The notes beneath the pieces are model-generated. The model was not told the origin of the DNA, ran no database searches, and saw only the letters and a list, made by a program, of their open reading frames with translations. Shown piece by piece: positions 19,537 to 27,873 of a stretch of DNA of 64,000 nucleotides; position 1 is the first letter of the stretch, and the number at the start of each line of letters is the position of its first letter. The stretch is taken from assembly GCA_965223155.1 (NCBI GenBank), contig CBDCVR010000013.1, forward strand, positions 832,001-896,000, given 5' to 3'. Both the position numbers and the translations under genes were made by a program. The DNA is from Candidatus Multivoradales bacterium. Its GTDB lineage: Bacteria > Acidobacteriota > Thermoanaerobaculia > Multivoradales > JAHEKO01.

Positions 19537-21288
19537 CTAGAAGTGAGCCCGGAGCCAAAGCTCGAGGCAGATGGCGTTCCAGAAGGAGAAATCCCGATGT
19601 GCGCCGCGCCGAAATTCCTCCAGATGGCGCCGGAGCGGCGCGGGTTCCACAAATCCGAGGTCCGCAGCGCGCATGTCGTGGGTCAAGTAGACCAGTTTGT
19701 CCACCACCGCTTCAGCAAAGCCGACCCTGGCGAGCTCCACGAGACTGGTCTTGGGCGCAATCAGAACAGTCCGCGGCAGCCTCCCAGCGAGAGCCTGCCG
19801 TAAGACCCGCTTGTCTAAAGGGTGACGATAGAAGACATCGGTGGGAAGCTTCCAGGCAAATTCTTGGAGGCGTCGGTCCCAAAGCGGAAGGCGGACGTCG
19901 ACGCCCATCTTCCGCGCCATGGCGGTCACGTAGCCGAGATTCTCGATCTCGACCTGATTCGTGAGGCTTCGGTAGCGTCGCTCCCGGCTAGGCGCCAGAG
20001 CCGGTAGGGTCCGCGGCACCGCCCGCTCGGCGTCGACCCCATCGTGAAGCGATGGCGTCAGCCAAGGTAGCGGCCGCCACCGAGCGCGCTTCCACGGCCG
20101 GCCCATGCGGGACAACCAAGGGCGCAAGGCGAGGTGCCAAAATAGGAAGCCCACTCCTAGTTCGCGGCTCGCAGCTTCCTCCTCGAGCTCATCGGCCAAC
20201 CGAGCCCAGCGGCCCTCGGCAAGAAGCTCGGGATGGGCGCTTACCTGCCCGCCGAAGAGATTGTCGCCGCCCATCCCCAAGAACAGGCAACCCACCTCCT
20301 GAGCCGCCGCCGCCGCCACCAGGACATGAAGCCATTCGGGATAGGGCGTCATATGCGGCGAATCGGGCGAGGACGGCACCCGTTCCTCGGCCAGCGGCCA
20401 CAACTCACTGGCCTCGACCTGGTGATCTTCGAGGCCCAGCGCCCGGACCACCGCCGAGGCCTGGCGGCTTTCGTCCAGGTCCGGGAAGTCCGAGTACACA
20501 GCCCGGATGGCATGGACGGTACCGGTGGGCGCAACGCCACGAGTGGCGGCGGCCAGTGCGGTCGAATCCAACCCGCCACTCAGGGCGATACCGGGGGGGC
20601 CGACGTCAGGCAGGTAGGAAGCCACCACGTCCTCGAGCAGCTCCCAGAACTCGGAAGCCGCTTCGGATAACGACGTGGTCCGCACCGCGGCCTCCGGATC
20701 CAAGCACCAGTAGCGAGAGAGCGAACACCGCCCATCAGTCAATAGCGCCAGGGTCCCTGGCGCCAGCCTCCGAACTCCCGAGTAGAAGCTCGCTTGGGAG
20801 GCGCCGGGAAGGCCGGCGAGAAAAGTTGCCACCACGCAGGCATCGGGTACGACCCGACCGCACCACTCCGCCACACGCCGAGCGCTCGTACCGATCGCCC
20901 ACCCGGCACCGCCCTTGCCGGTAGCCCGAACCCGGGCCTCAGAAAGATACAAAGGGTGGGCGCCAGTTCGATCGGCGATCGCAAGCAGCCTGCGCGACCG
21001 AGCCTCCCAGACGACCAAGCTAGCCGAGCCCTCGAGCTGCCGCGCAGCACCTATGGGATCCCGATCCCGGAACAGATGCCCGACCAGATCGGACAATCCA
21101 ACCGCCCTTCCACCGCTGCCCGACTCGGAGTCCCTTCCGACGAAACTCCGGTTGGCGAGATGCCCTGAGTGATGGACGCGGACCGCCCCGTTACCGGGAC
21201 CGGTCGGGTCGATCACTAGCCGCCGTCCGCCACCACTTACGAGCCAGATTCCCTCGTCGTCCCAAACGACAAGCTCGGACGACGGCAA
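19537..21288 (-). CDS. Asparagine-synthetase-like lasso cyclase (C protein)
   Basis: LSGGLDS PP-loop, GMGGDNLF, RLPLWDRRL, DKRVLRQA; no N-terminal catalytic Cys; directly follows the precursor. Confidence 0.85.
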   Translation of the reverse strand: MPSSELVVWDDEGIWLVSGGGRRLVIDPTGPGNGAVRVHHSGHLANRSFVGRDSESGSGGRAVGLSDLVGHLFRDRDPIGAARQLEGSASLVVWEARSRRLLAIADRTGAHPLYLSEARVRATGKGGAGWAIGTSARRVAEWCGRVVPDACVVATFLAGLPGASQASFYSGVRRLAPGTLALLTDGRCSLSRYWCLDPEAAVRTTSLSEAASEFWELLEDVVASYLPDVGPPGIALSGGLDSTALAAATRGVAPTGTVHAIRAVYSDFPDLDESRQASAVVRALGLEDHQVEASELWPLAEERVPSSPDSPHMTPYPEWLHVLVAAAAAQEVGCLFLGMGGDNLFGGQVSAHPELLAEGRWARLADELEEEAASRELGVGFLFWHLALRPWLSRMGRPWKRARWRPLPWLTPSLHDGVDAERAVPRTLPALAPSRERRYRSLTNQVEIENLGYVTAMARKMGVDVRLPLWDRRLQEFAWKLPTDVFYRHPLDKRVLRQALAGRLPRTVLIAPKTSLVELARVGFAEAVVDKLVYLTHDMRAADLGFVEPAPLRRHLEEFRRGAHRDFSFWNAICLELWLRAHF

Positions 21289-21297
21289 GACCCGAAA

Positions 21298-21459
21298 CTA
21301 GGTACCGGAGGCCGGCGGGTCGGACCCAAGCCCGTCCGACGGAAGACCACCGCCACCGAGGGTGATGCGCCGGATGCTCCCGAAGCGCTCCAGCCTGGGC
21401 GGCGAGTACTCGCGACGCTTCCCGATAGAAGCCTCCCGCCGTACATCCGTTGATTTCAT
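21298..21459 (-). CDS. Lasso peptide precursor (53 aa; leader 34 aa, core GGGGLPSDGLGSDPPASGT)
   Basis: Leader Y-17, P-14, L-12, G-8, T-2 (YSPPRLERFGSIRRITL); core G1 with D8 acceptor; alternative ATG at 21465. Confidence 0.88.
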   Translation of the reverse strand: MKSTDVRREASIGKRREYSPPRLERFGSIRRITLGGGGLPSDGLGSDPPASGT

Positions 21460-21550
21460 ACCCATTTGCCGGCTTCTAGTGCGGAGGAGCGCCGCCGAAT
21501 TCGAGTCGAGCAACGATACACCGATCTGGCCTGATGTGCAAAGGAAACGA

Positions 21551-21844
21551 TCACAGCGGCTTCACTTCCAGAAGTCCCTGGTCGGCGAGCTCGGTGACCA
21601 AGGCGACAACGTCTCGCCGGAGGCGCTCCGCCGTCACGTCGTACTCTGCCATGGCGCTGCGCTCGACCTCCCCTACCGGCTGCCCGTCGGCCAACGCGTT
21701 CCACAGAAACGTCCCGACCTCATCCAGACCGAAGTACTGACCGGAACCCAGATGCAGCAGGACGGATTCGCCTCCGAGATCTCGAAACAGAACGTCATCC
21801 GGAACCCGGAAGCGGGTCTCGGGCGCGAGCAAGTCCTCAGCCAC
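21551..21844 (-). CDS. PqqD-family RiPP recognition element (lasso B1)
   Basis: VLFRDLGGESVLLHL..GQYFGLDEVG..LW..L...EYDV....L..D...L...GLL; probable GTG start at 21844. Confidence 0.92.
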   Translation of the reverse strand: MAEDLLAPETRFRVPDDVLFRDLGGESVLLHLGSGQYFGLDEVGTFLWNALADGQPVGEVERSAMAEYDVTAERLRRDVVALVTELADQGLLEVKPL

Positions 21845-21888
21845 GCCGCCCTCGACAGCCGATCTGGTGGCCGCTAGCATCCCAATCT

Positions 21889-23031
21889 ATGGCTCCTAGA
21901 AAACAACGAGTCATGACCGCTCCCGGCTCTCCGCCGCCGAGAATGCCACATCCCGCGGCCTGGCTGGCAAATCTGGTCGTGTTCGGACTCGTGTTGGTCG
22001 TCTGGTGGGTCCAAGGCTCGAGCCCGCAGCTCTACTACCGGATGGTCCAGGAGGACGGCGCTCTGGAGTGGTCTACTTTCTGGGCCTTCTTGCTGGCAGG
22101 AATTGCCTTCGGATACTCCGCAGTCGCCGCAATCCGGAAAGAAAAGAAGCGCTCCGCGTCGCTGTTCCTCCGGCTGGACCTCTTGGTCGCGATCTTCTGC
22201 TTGTTCGTAGCGATGGAGGAGATCTCGTGGGGTCAGCGCCTCTTCGGCTACAGGCCGCCGGCCTACTTCTTGCGCGAGAACTTCCAGCAAGAGCTCAACG
22301 TCCACAACGTCCTTGGCACCGACCTTCGCAAGTTGGCGCTCAAGGCCGTCGTTCTCGGCTACGGAATCGTGCTGCCGGCACTCGGCGCCCTGCGTGCTCC
22401 GCGCCGGCTCACCCGGAAGCTCGGACTGACGATTCCACCAGCCGCCCTGATGCCGGCATTCCTGGCTACGTTCATGGTCTACCAAAGCTATCCCTGGAGG
22501 TTTTCGGGCGAGCTCGTCGAAGCGATGCTCGGACTGGGTTTTCTGGCGACGGCTTCCGTTGCCGTCCCGGAGTGGTCCGGAGTTCGAGCACTGGCCAGTG
22601 CCATGGCCTTGACGGCGATTCTGGGCCTGGCGTCGTTCGCCTATTCTAGCGTTAGCGGCAACGACGACCCGACCCGAGTCCAGGCTGCCGCCGCCGAGAT
22701 CGAAGCCCTGGCCACCGATTTCTCGCCCGGAGGGCTGCCCATCTCTCGATGCAGCGTTCATAAGCGGGTCTTTTCTTGGGCCGAGAAGTACGGAGCGGTC
22801 GAGCGGCTCCGTCGCGGCAGCTTCGCCTCGCTGATCAACCGGGGACTGCCGGAAGAGCGGGTTGAGTACTTCATCGACCCCTGGGACAGTTCGGTCTGGC
22901 TGCGGCACAAATGCGGACCCGGAACCGAGATCGCCTTCCTCTACTCATTCGGCCCGAATCGCCGCCGCGACTCCACCGAGTGGGAAATCCGCGGCGACGA
23001 CATTGGTACCGTCTTCTTCTCCCGTCCGTAA
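21889..23031 (+). CDS. Multi-pass membrane protein with C-terminal GspG/T2SG-like domain
   Basis: EDG.LEW, EEISWGQR, ELNVHN motifs; C-terminal DPW...LYSFGPN...GDDI. Confidence 0.7.
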   Translation: MAPRKQRVMTAPGSPPPRMPHPAAWLANLVVFGLVLVVWWVQGSSPQLYYRMVQEDGALEWSTFWAFLLAGIAFGYSAVAAIRKEKKRSASLFLRLDLLVAIFCLFVAMEEISWGQRLFGYRPPAYFLRENFQQELNVHNVLGTDLRKLALKAVVLGYGIVLPALGALRAPRRLTRKLGLTIPPAALMPAFLATFMVYQSYPWRFSGELVEAMLGLGFLATASVAVPEWSGVRALASAMALTAILGLASFAYSSVSGNDDPTRVQAAAAEIEALATDFSPGGLPISRCSVHKRVFSWAEKYGAVERLRRGSFASLINRGLPEERVEYFIDPWDSSVWLRHKCGPGTEIAFLYSFGPNRRRDSTEWEIRGDDIGTVFFSRP

Positions 23032-23105
23032 CAGAGCGCCCGCCGCCTCGCCCTGAGAAAGCTTAGGCGCTTCGGCCTTGAAAGCGATCTCCTCGGCCAG
23101 CCCTA

Positions 23106-26100
23106 CTACAGCGAGCACAATGCGCCGCCGTGCTTGCTCGATCCCGAGAGAACCACGAAGTCACCGGAGATCAATCCCGGACCAATCGGCTGCGAGCAAC
23201 TCGTGTGGATCATCGTATTGAGGGCTCCCTCGACATAGAGTGTTATTTCGGTACCCAGCGTGCCACTGAAGCTCTTCTTTCCGGCAGCCGGACCGTAGAC
23301 CGTGAAGATGTCGCCCGGCTCGAGATAGCCCTCAAAGAGCACGTCGGTCGAGCCACCGCGCCGGCCGTCGACCCGCACGACGCCGGCCGTATCGCCAACG
23401 TACATCATGGTCAGGACGCTGACCTTGCCCTTGCACTCGCCGCAGTCCTGGTAGCCGAAGTCGAGGTCCAGCTGGTTCTCACCCGGTGCCAGGATGTAGG
23501 TCGTCTGGTTGTCGAGCGTTCCATCGAAGTCGTAGGTCGGGAAGAAGCCCGCCGGCAGTGTCGAGGTGTCGATCACGACGGTGTACTCGCCGCTGGGCAG
23601 AGTCTCGAACAGGTAGGAGCCGTCGCCCCCGGTGGTATCCGTCGCAATCTCATTGCCATCGGCATCCAGCAGCCGAACGACCACGCCGTTGATTCCCGGC
23701 TCAGCCGCATCCTGAACGCCGTCGCCGTCCAGATCCATCCAGACCCGGTCGCCGATCGAACCAACTTGCCGGTAGCCGAAATCGACGTCGTCACGGGTCT
23801 CGCCAGGCATGAGAGAAATCGTGGTCATGTGGTCGAGCGTGCCGTCCAGATCGAACGTCTGGGACGAGCCGCTCGGCAAGCCGTCGGGCACGACCACGAT
23901 TGTGTAGTCGCCCGTCGGCAGGTTCGAGAAGGTGTAGTTGCCATCTCCGGAGGTGACCTGCGTATCGATCACGTCTCCGGTCACAGGATCCACCAGCTGC
24001 ACGGTCACGCCGTTGATGCCCGGCTCGCCCGGATCCTGGACACCGTCGCCGTCCAGATCCTCCCAGACCCGGTCGCCGATCGAGCCCAGACGCTGGTAGC
24101 CGAAGTCGATGTCGTCACGATCCGACTCGAGGCCTCCCACGAAACCGATCGAAACGTCAGTGGAACCATCCAGGGTTCCGTCCTGCTCGAACGTCTGCAC
24201 CACGCCGCTGGGCAACGTCGTACCGTCGATCATGACGTTGTAGTCACCCGGGGGCAGCGACGTGAAGCTGTAGAAACCGTCGTCGTCGGTGGTCGTATCG
24301 GCCACGAAGTTGCCGTCACCGTCGTAGAGCACGACCCGGACGCCCGGGATCCCGGGCTCCCCGGCATCCTGCACGCCGTCACCGTTGTCGTCGTACCAGA
24401 CGTAGTCGCCGATCGAGCCCGGAGGCACCAGACCGAAGTCATACGTCAGGATGTTGGCATCGACCACCGTGTCGGTAATCGAGTTCGCCGTCGTGTAGCT
24501 GTACCCAGAGAGGGCTCCTTGGTCGATGTAGCCAAAGCTCTCGTCAACGACGTCGGCACCGGCGACCACCACGAGCCGCTCGTAGTCGAGGCCCGCCTGG
24601 GTCGTCCCGACAAGGCCGGCGAGGGCCGAGTTCATGTCGGTCAGCTCGACACCGTAGCCGGTCGAGCGCAGACCGCAGAACTGAATCACGCCGTCGGCGT
24701 CGGAGACGTCGCTCGCAAGGACATCGCCGCCACCCGAGGTCAGAGTCGCGGTAACCCCGGCGATGGGCGTGTCCGAACCGCCCGGAGCCGGCTCGTAGAG
24801 ACCATCGGCATCGGCGTCGTACCAGACCCGCTCACTGATGCAATAGCGCTCGGCAGGAGCCAGGGCCTGGTACCCAAAGTCCGCGGCGAGATAGACATCG
24901 CCCGCGGCCACGTTGATGTTCTGAGTCGGCCCCAACGGGGTCGTCAGGGTCAAGTCGGCAACCAGTCCGGCCGCGTCGATCACGACGACCGTGTAGCAGC
25001 CGGGAGCCAGGTCGCCGAAGAAGTACGAACCATCGGGCCCGGTCTTGGTCAGCGCCAGGCTCGTGCCCGGATCCGTGCAGTCCTCGAGACTCAAGGTCAC
25101 GCCGCCGATGCCGGCCTCTTCCGGCTCACGCACGCCGTTGCCGTTGTCGTCCAGCCAGACGAAGTCGCCGATCGCGGCCAGAGTCGGATCGATGGTGTAG
25201 CCGAAGTCCAGATCGTTAAAGGTCTCATCCGTGGTGATCGTGCGCGATACGCTGGGATTCGTGCCTCCGCTCAGCGTCAAACCGGACGGTAGCGTGCTCT
25301 CATCGACCTGGGTGCAGTACGTGTCGGCCGCCAAGTTGTCGAACCAGTAGAAACCGTCCGCATTCGTCTGCGTGGCCTCCTTCGACACCAAGCTGACGCA
25401 ATCCACCAGCCGCACCGTCACGTTGCTAAGTCCGGGTTCGCCACCGTCCTGGGCTCCGTCCCCATCCACATCTAGCCACACCCGGTCGCCCACCGCGCCC
25501 GTCGGAACCGGCGCGAAGTTCTCATCCGCTACCTCGACCGTGTAGGTCCCCGGCACCACGTCATAGAAGTACATGCCGTCGGCGTCGGTCACCCGCTGGC
25601 CGATAACGGTACCGCTCGAGTCGAAAATGTTGACCACCACGCCCGGAATCCCGTCTTCGCCCGGATCCTGGGTGCCGCTCTCATCCAGATCCAGCCAGAC
25701 CGTGTCGCCGATCAGGTAGGGATCCGGAGGACAGACGGGGGCGCCGTTGATCAGGCCGCAGGCGACCTGCTCGAAACGCCAGAAATTACTGTTGCTGAGA
25801 TCCAGTCCCCGCACCTCGACCTTCCACAGCCCGGAGGGCAGGAGCCCACCACCCGCGACCAGATGGTCGGGATTGTCGGCGGCGTCGGTCGAGATCAAGA
25901 ACTGCTCCCATTCCCGCTGCCCGGAGGGGTTGTCGTTGTCGTAGACGTTGGCGTTCGGGCCTCGCACCGCGTAGCGCACGCACGGGCTCCTGAGCACCAC
26001 AGGGTTAGTGCTGTCGTCCTCGGGGTTCCCCGCTCCCTGAGCGCCCTCTGCCACCGCGTCGGGCCCCGCGAAAGGCGGAATCCCCGAGCTGTTGAAATCG

Positions 26101-27059
26101 TCCGTGTCCGAGCAGGCCTCCGCAACGCCGGACGCCGTCAGGCTGTTGCCGTGATCGAAGTCCCCGTCCCAGATGCGAAGCGCCTGAATGTTGAACGGCA
26201 CGTCCAGAAAGAAGGCGTACATGCCGTCGTAGGTGGTCGGCGCGTTCTGGTGGTCGAACGGCACGCCCGGGTTGTTCAAGATGAACTCCGCCAGGGTCGG
26301 GTAGACGACGAGCTGCTCGTTGTTGCCGAGGCCGAAACCGCCCTCGAAACCGAACTGGGCGCTGAAGACCGCCAGCGGAACGTCCGCGAAGACCTTGTAG
26401 TTCGAAACACCTTCGCAGCCCGCCGGCGCGGGATCGACGTCACACTCGGGAGCGTCCTTCAGATCGATGACGACGTTGTAGAAGGCGGTGTCGCTTCCAG
26501 GCAGCGCGGCATCGGGGTTGCCGTCGCCGTCACCGTCGATCTCGACGAAAACGTCCCAGAAGTCGTTGTTGGGCATCCGCGCCGGACTCGCGGTCCAGAC
26601 ACCGGCCGGATCGGCCAGCGGATTGTCCTCGTTGCCGAACCACTCCCCGACCATGTCGGCGGGATTGGTATTGCCGATGCGCGTGGGATCCTCGAACATC
26701 CGGACCCGGATCGCCCGGGTGCCTTCGTCCCAATGGCCCTGGGTCGGAGCGAAACAGGTTGCGTCCACCGACGGCCAGTCCAGCACGCACGGATCGCCGG
26801 TGTCGCCATCGAACATCCGGAACAGAAACGTGCCGCCCGCCTTGTCGACCGGAACCGAGAGGCCGACCGAAGTGGTCTGGTCGCTGAGCCCGGCAAAACC
26901 CGAGACCGCGGACAGGAACTTGGCGTCGGTAACGTCCTCGCTCGGGAAAGCCGTAAACGGTCCCGCCGTGAGCTGGGCCGAGGCCGGAGCTACCGCCACT
27001 GCAATCAGCAGCGCGGTCGCCAGCGTGATCGAAAAACCCTTGTACATTCTCGTCGTCAT
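23106..27059 (-). CDS. Secreted SdrD-B-like repeat surface protein, short paralog (1317 aa)
   Basis: Signal peptide; 7 IGD.VW.D.DGDG..D..EPG units; C-terminal Cys-rich IHTSCSQP domain. Confidence 0.88.
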   Translation of the reverse strand: MTTRMYKGFSITLATALLIAVAVAPASAQLTAGPFTAFPSEDVTDAKFLSAVSGFAGLSDQTTSVGLSVPVDKAGGTFLFRMFDGDTGDPCVLDWPSVDATCFAPTQGHWDEGTRAIRVRMFEDPTRIGNTNPADMVGEWFGNEDNPLADPAGVWTASPARMPNNDFWDVFVEIDGDGDGNPDAALPGSDTAFYNVVIDLKDAPECDVDPAPAGCEGVSNYKVFADVPLAVFSAQFGFEGGFGLGNNEQLVVYPTLAEFILNNPGVPFDHQNAPTTYDGMYAFFLDVPFNIQALRIWDGDFDHGNSLTASGVAEACSDTDDFNSSGIPPFAGPDAVAEGAQGAGNPEDDSTNPVVLRSPCVRYAVRGPNANVYDNDNPSGQREWEQFLISTDAADNPDHLVAGGGLLPSGLWKVEVRGLDLSNSNFWRFEQVACGLINGAPVCPPDPYLIGDTVWLDLDESGTQDPGEDGIPGVVVNIFDSSGTVIGQRVTDADGMYFYDVVPGTYTVEVADENFAPVPTGAVGDRVWLDVDGDGAQDGGEPGLSNVTVRLVDCVSLVSKEATQTNADGFYWFDNLAADTYCTQVDESTLPSGLTLSGGTNPSVSRTITTDETFNDLDFGYTIDPTLAAIGDFVWLDDNGNGVREPEEAGIGGVTLSLEDCTDPGTSLALTKTGPDGSYFFGDLAPGCYTVVVIDAAGLVADLTLTTPLGPTQNINVAAGDVYLAADFGYQALAPAERYCISERVWYDADADGLYEPAPGGSDTPIAGVTATLTSGGGDVLASDVSDADGVIQFCGLRSTGYGVELTDMNSALAGLVGTTQAGLDYERLVVVAGADVVDESFGYIDQGALSGYSYTTANSITDTVVDANILTYDFGLVPPGSIGDYVWYDDNGDGVQDAGEPGIPGVRVVLYDGDGNFVADTTTDDDGFYSFTSLPPGDYNVMIDGTTLPSGVVQTFEQDGTLDGSTDVSIGFVGGLESDRDDIDFGYQRLGSIGDRVWEDLDGDGVQDPGEPGINGVTVQLVDPVTGDVIDTQVTSGDGNYTFSNLPTGDYTIVVVPDGLPSGSSQTFDLDGTLDHMTTISLMPGETRDDVDFGYRQVGSIGDRVWMDLDGDGVQDAAEPGINGVVVRLLDADGNEIATDTTGGDGSYLFETLPSGEYTVVIDTSTLPAGFFPTYDFDGTLDNQTTYILAPGENQLDLDFGYQDCGECKGKVSVLTMMYVGDTAGVVRVDGRRGGSTDVLFEGYLEPGDIFTVYGPAAGKKSFSGTLGTEITLYVEGALNTMIHTSCSQPIGPGLISGDFVVLSGSSKHGGALCSL

Positions 27060-27079
27060 CGTCCTGTCTCCCCGATCGA

Positions 27080-27304
27080 CTATGCCGTGTCGCGTTTCCG
27101 GCCGAGCGCGGACTCCGAAGTTGCGCTCTTGCCGCTGTCATCCAAGCCCGCAGTCAGGAGCTCGGCGATTCTCGAACCGTCGCCCATGAAGCGCTCTTCC
27201 CCGGTCCGCAGGTCCCGCAAGAAAAAGCGCGGCCCTTCCTCGGTCCCCGGTTCGCGCCAAACGCGAACCAGATAGGAGGTGCTTGCTTGGGGTGTCGTTT
27301 CCAT
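27080..27304 (-). CDS. Small hypothetical protein (74 aa), paralog of 34480-34704
   Basis: SYLVRVWRE...FFLRDLRTGEERF conserved with synonymous changes between the two copies. Confidence 0.7.
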   Translation of the reverse strand: METTPQASTSYLVRVWREPGTEEGPRFFLRDLRTGEERFMGDGSRIAELLTAGLDDSGKSATSESALGRKRDTA

Positions 27305-27392
27305 CTCGGCGTTCTTTCTTCGATGCGTCAGTTGGTCATGCCACTGTCGGGGCCGAACTCGGTTCTTCATCGGATGCAAGCATGCCCGGAAC

Positions 27393-27434
27393 GCGTCAGG
27401 GCAGCGTCAGGATTACATCGACATATCGAGATAT
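27393..27434. promoter_or_regulatory. Putative operator: GCGTCAGG direct repeats (11-bp period) plus ATATCGAGATAT inverted repeat
   Basis: Repeats at 27393 and 27404; motif conserved at 34844-34885 while the flanking DNA has diverged. Confidence 0.6.
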
Positions 27435-27746
27435 GCGAACTGGCATTACAGAAATTTGCCGACCACCTCGGGCAGTCCGCCACTGGAAGCACCTTCCTTC
27501 GGCTGAGCTCCAGCTCGACGGCCAGGCGACCAGCGACAGCCGCCGCTTGGGCCAGGATCCAGGTACCCGACACCCAGTTTGCGGCCGCGCCACCCGTTCC
27601 GATCCGACAGCCGGACCAAAGGTCCAGGTCGAGGCGAGACCGCCGCGTCAGAAGTCGGCCAAGAGACGGCGTCGCCTTGCCACTGCCGATCCGGGGCCGC
27701 CGCGTTGCGGGCCACTACCTCAAGAACAGCCGCAACCGTCCTGCCC

Positions 27747-27867
27747 GCGGCACAAATGCGGGGCCGGAACCGAGCCTTCCTCTACTCAATCGGCCCGAAT
27801 CGCCGCCGCGACTCCACCGAATGGGAGATCCGCGGCGACGACATCGGTACCGTCTTCTCGCGCCCGA
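27747..27867 (+). pseudogene. Degraded duplicate of the 3' end of gene 21889-23031
   Basis: Matches 22902-23028 with substitutions and small deletions (FLYSIGPNRRRDSTEWEIRGDDIGTVFS). Confidence 0.85.
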
Positions 27868-27873
27868 AGGCTG

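Noticed and set aside
21535-21555. TGTGC...TCACA as a Crp site near the lasso precursor
   Set aside because: The spacer is 11 bp, not the 6 bp of a Crp box.
27440-27746. Unexplained 300-bp spacer between the duplication units
   Set aside because: No convincing ORF, repeat or structure could be recognised.
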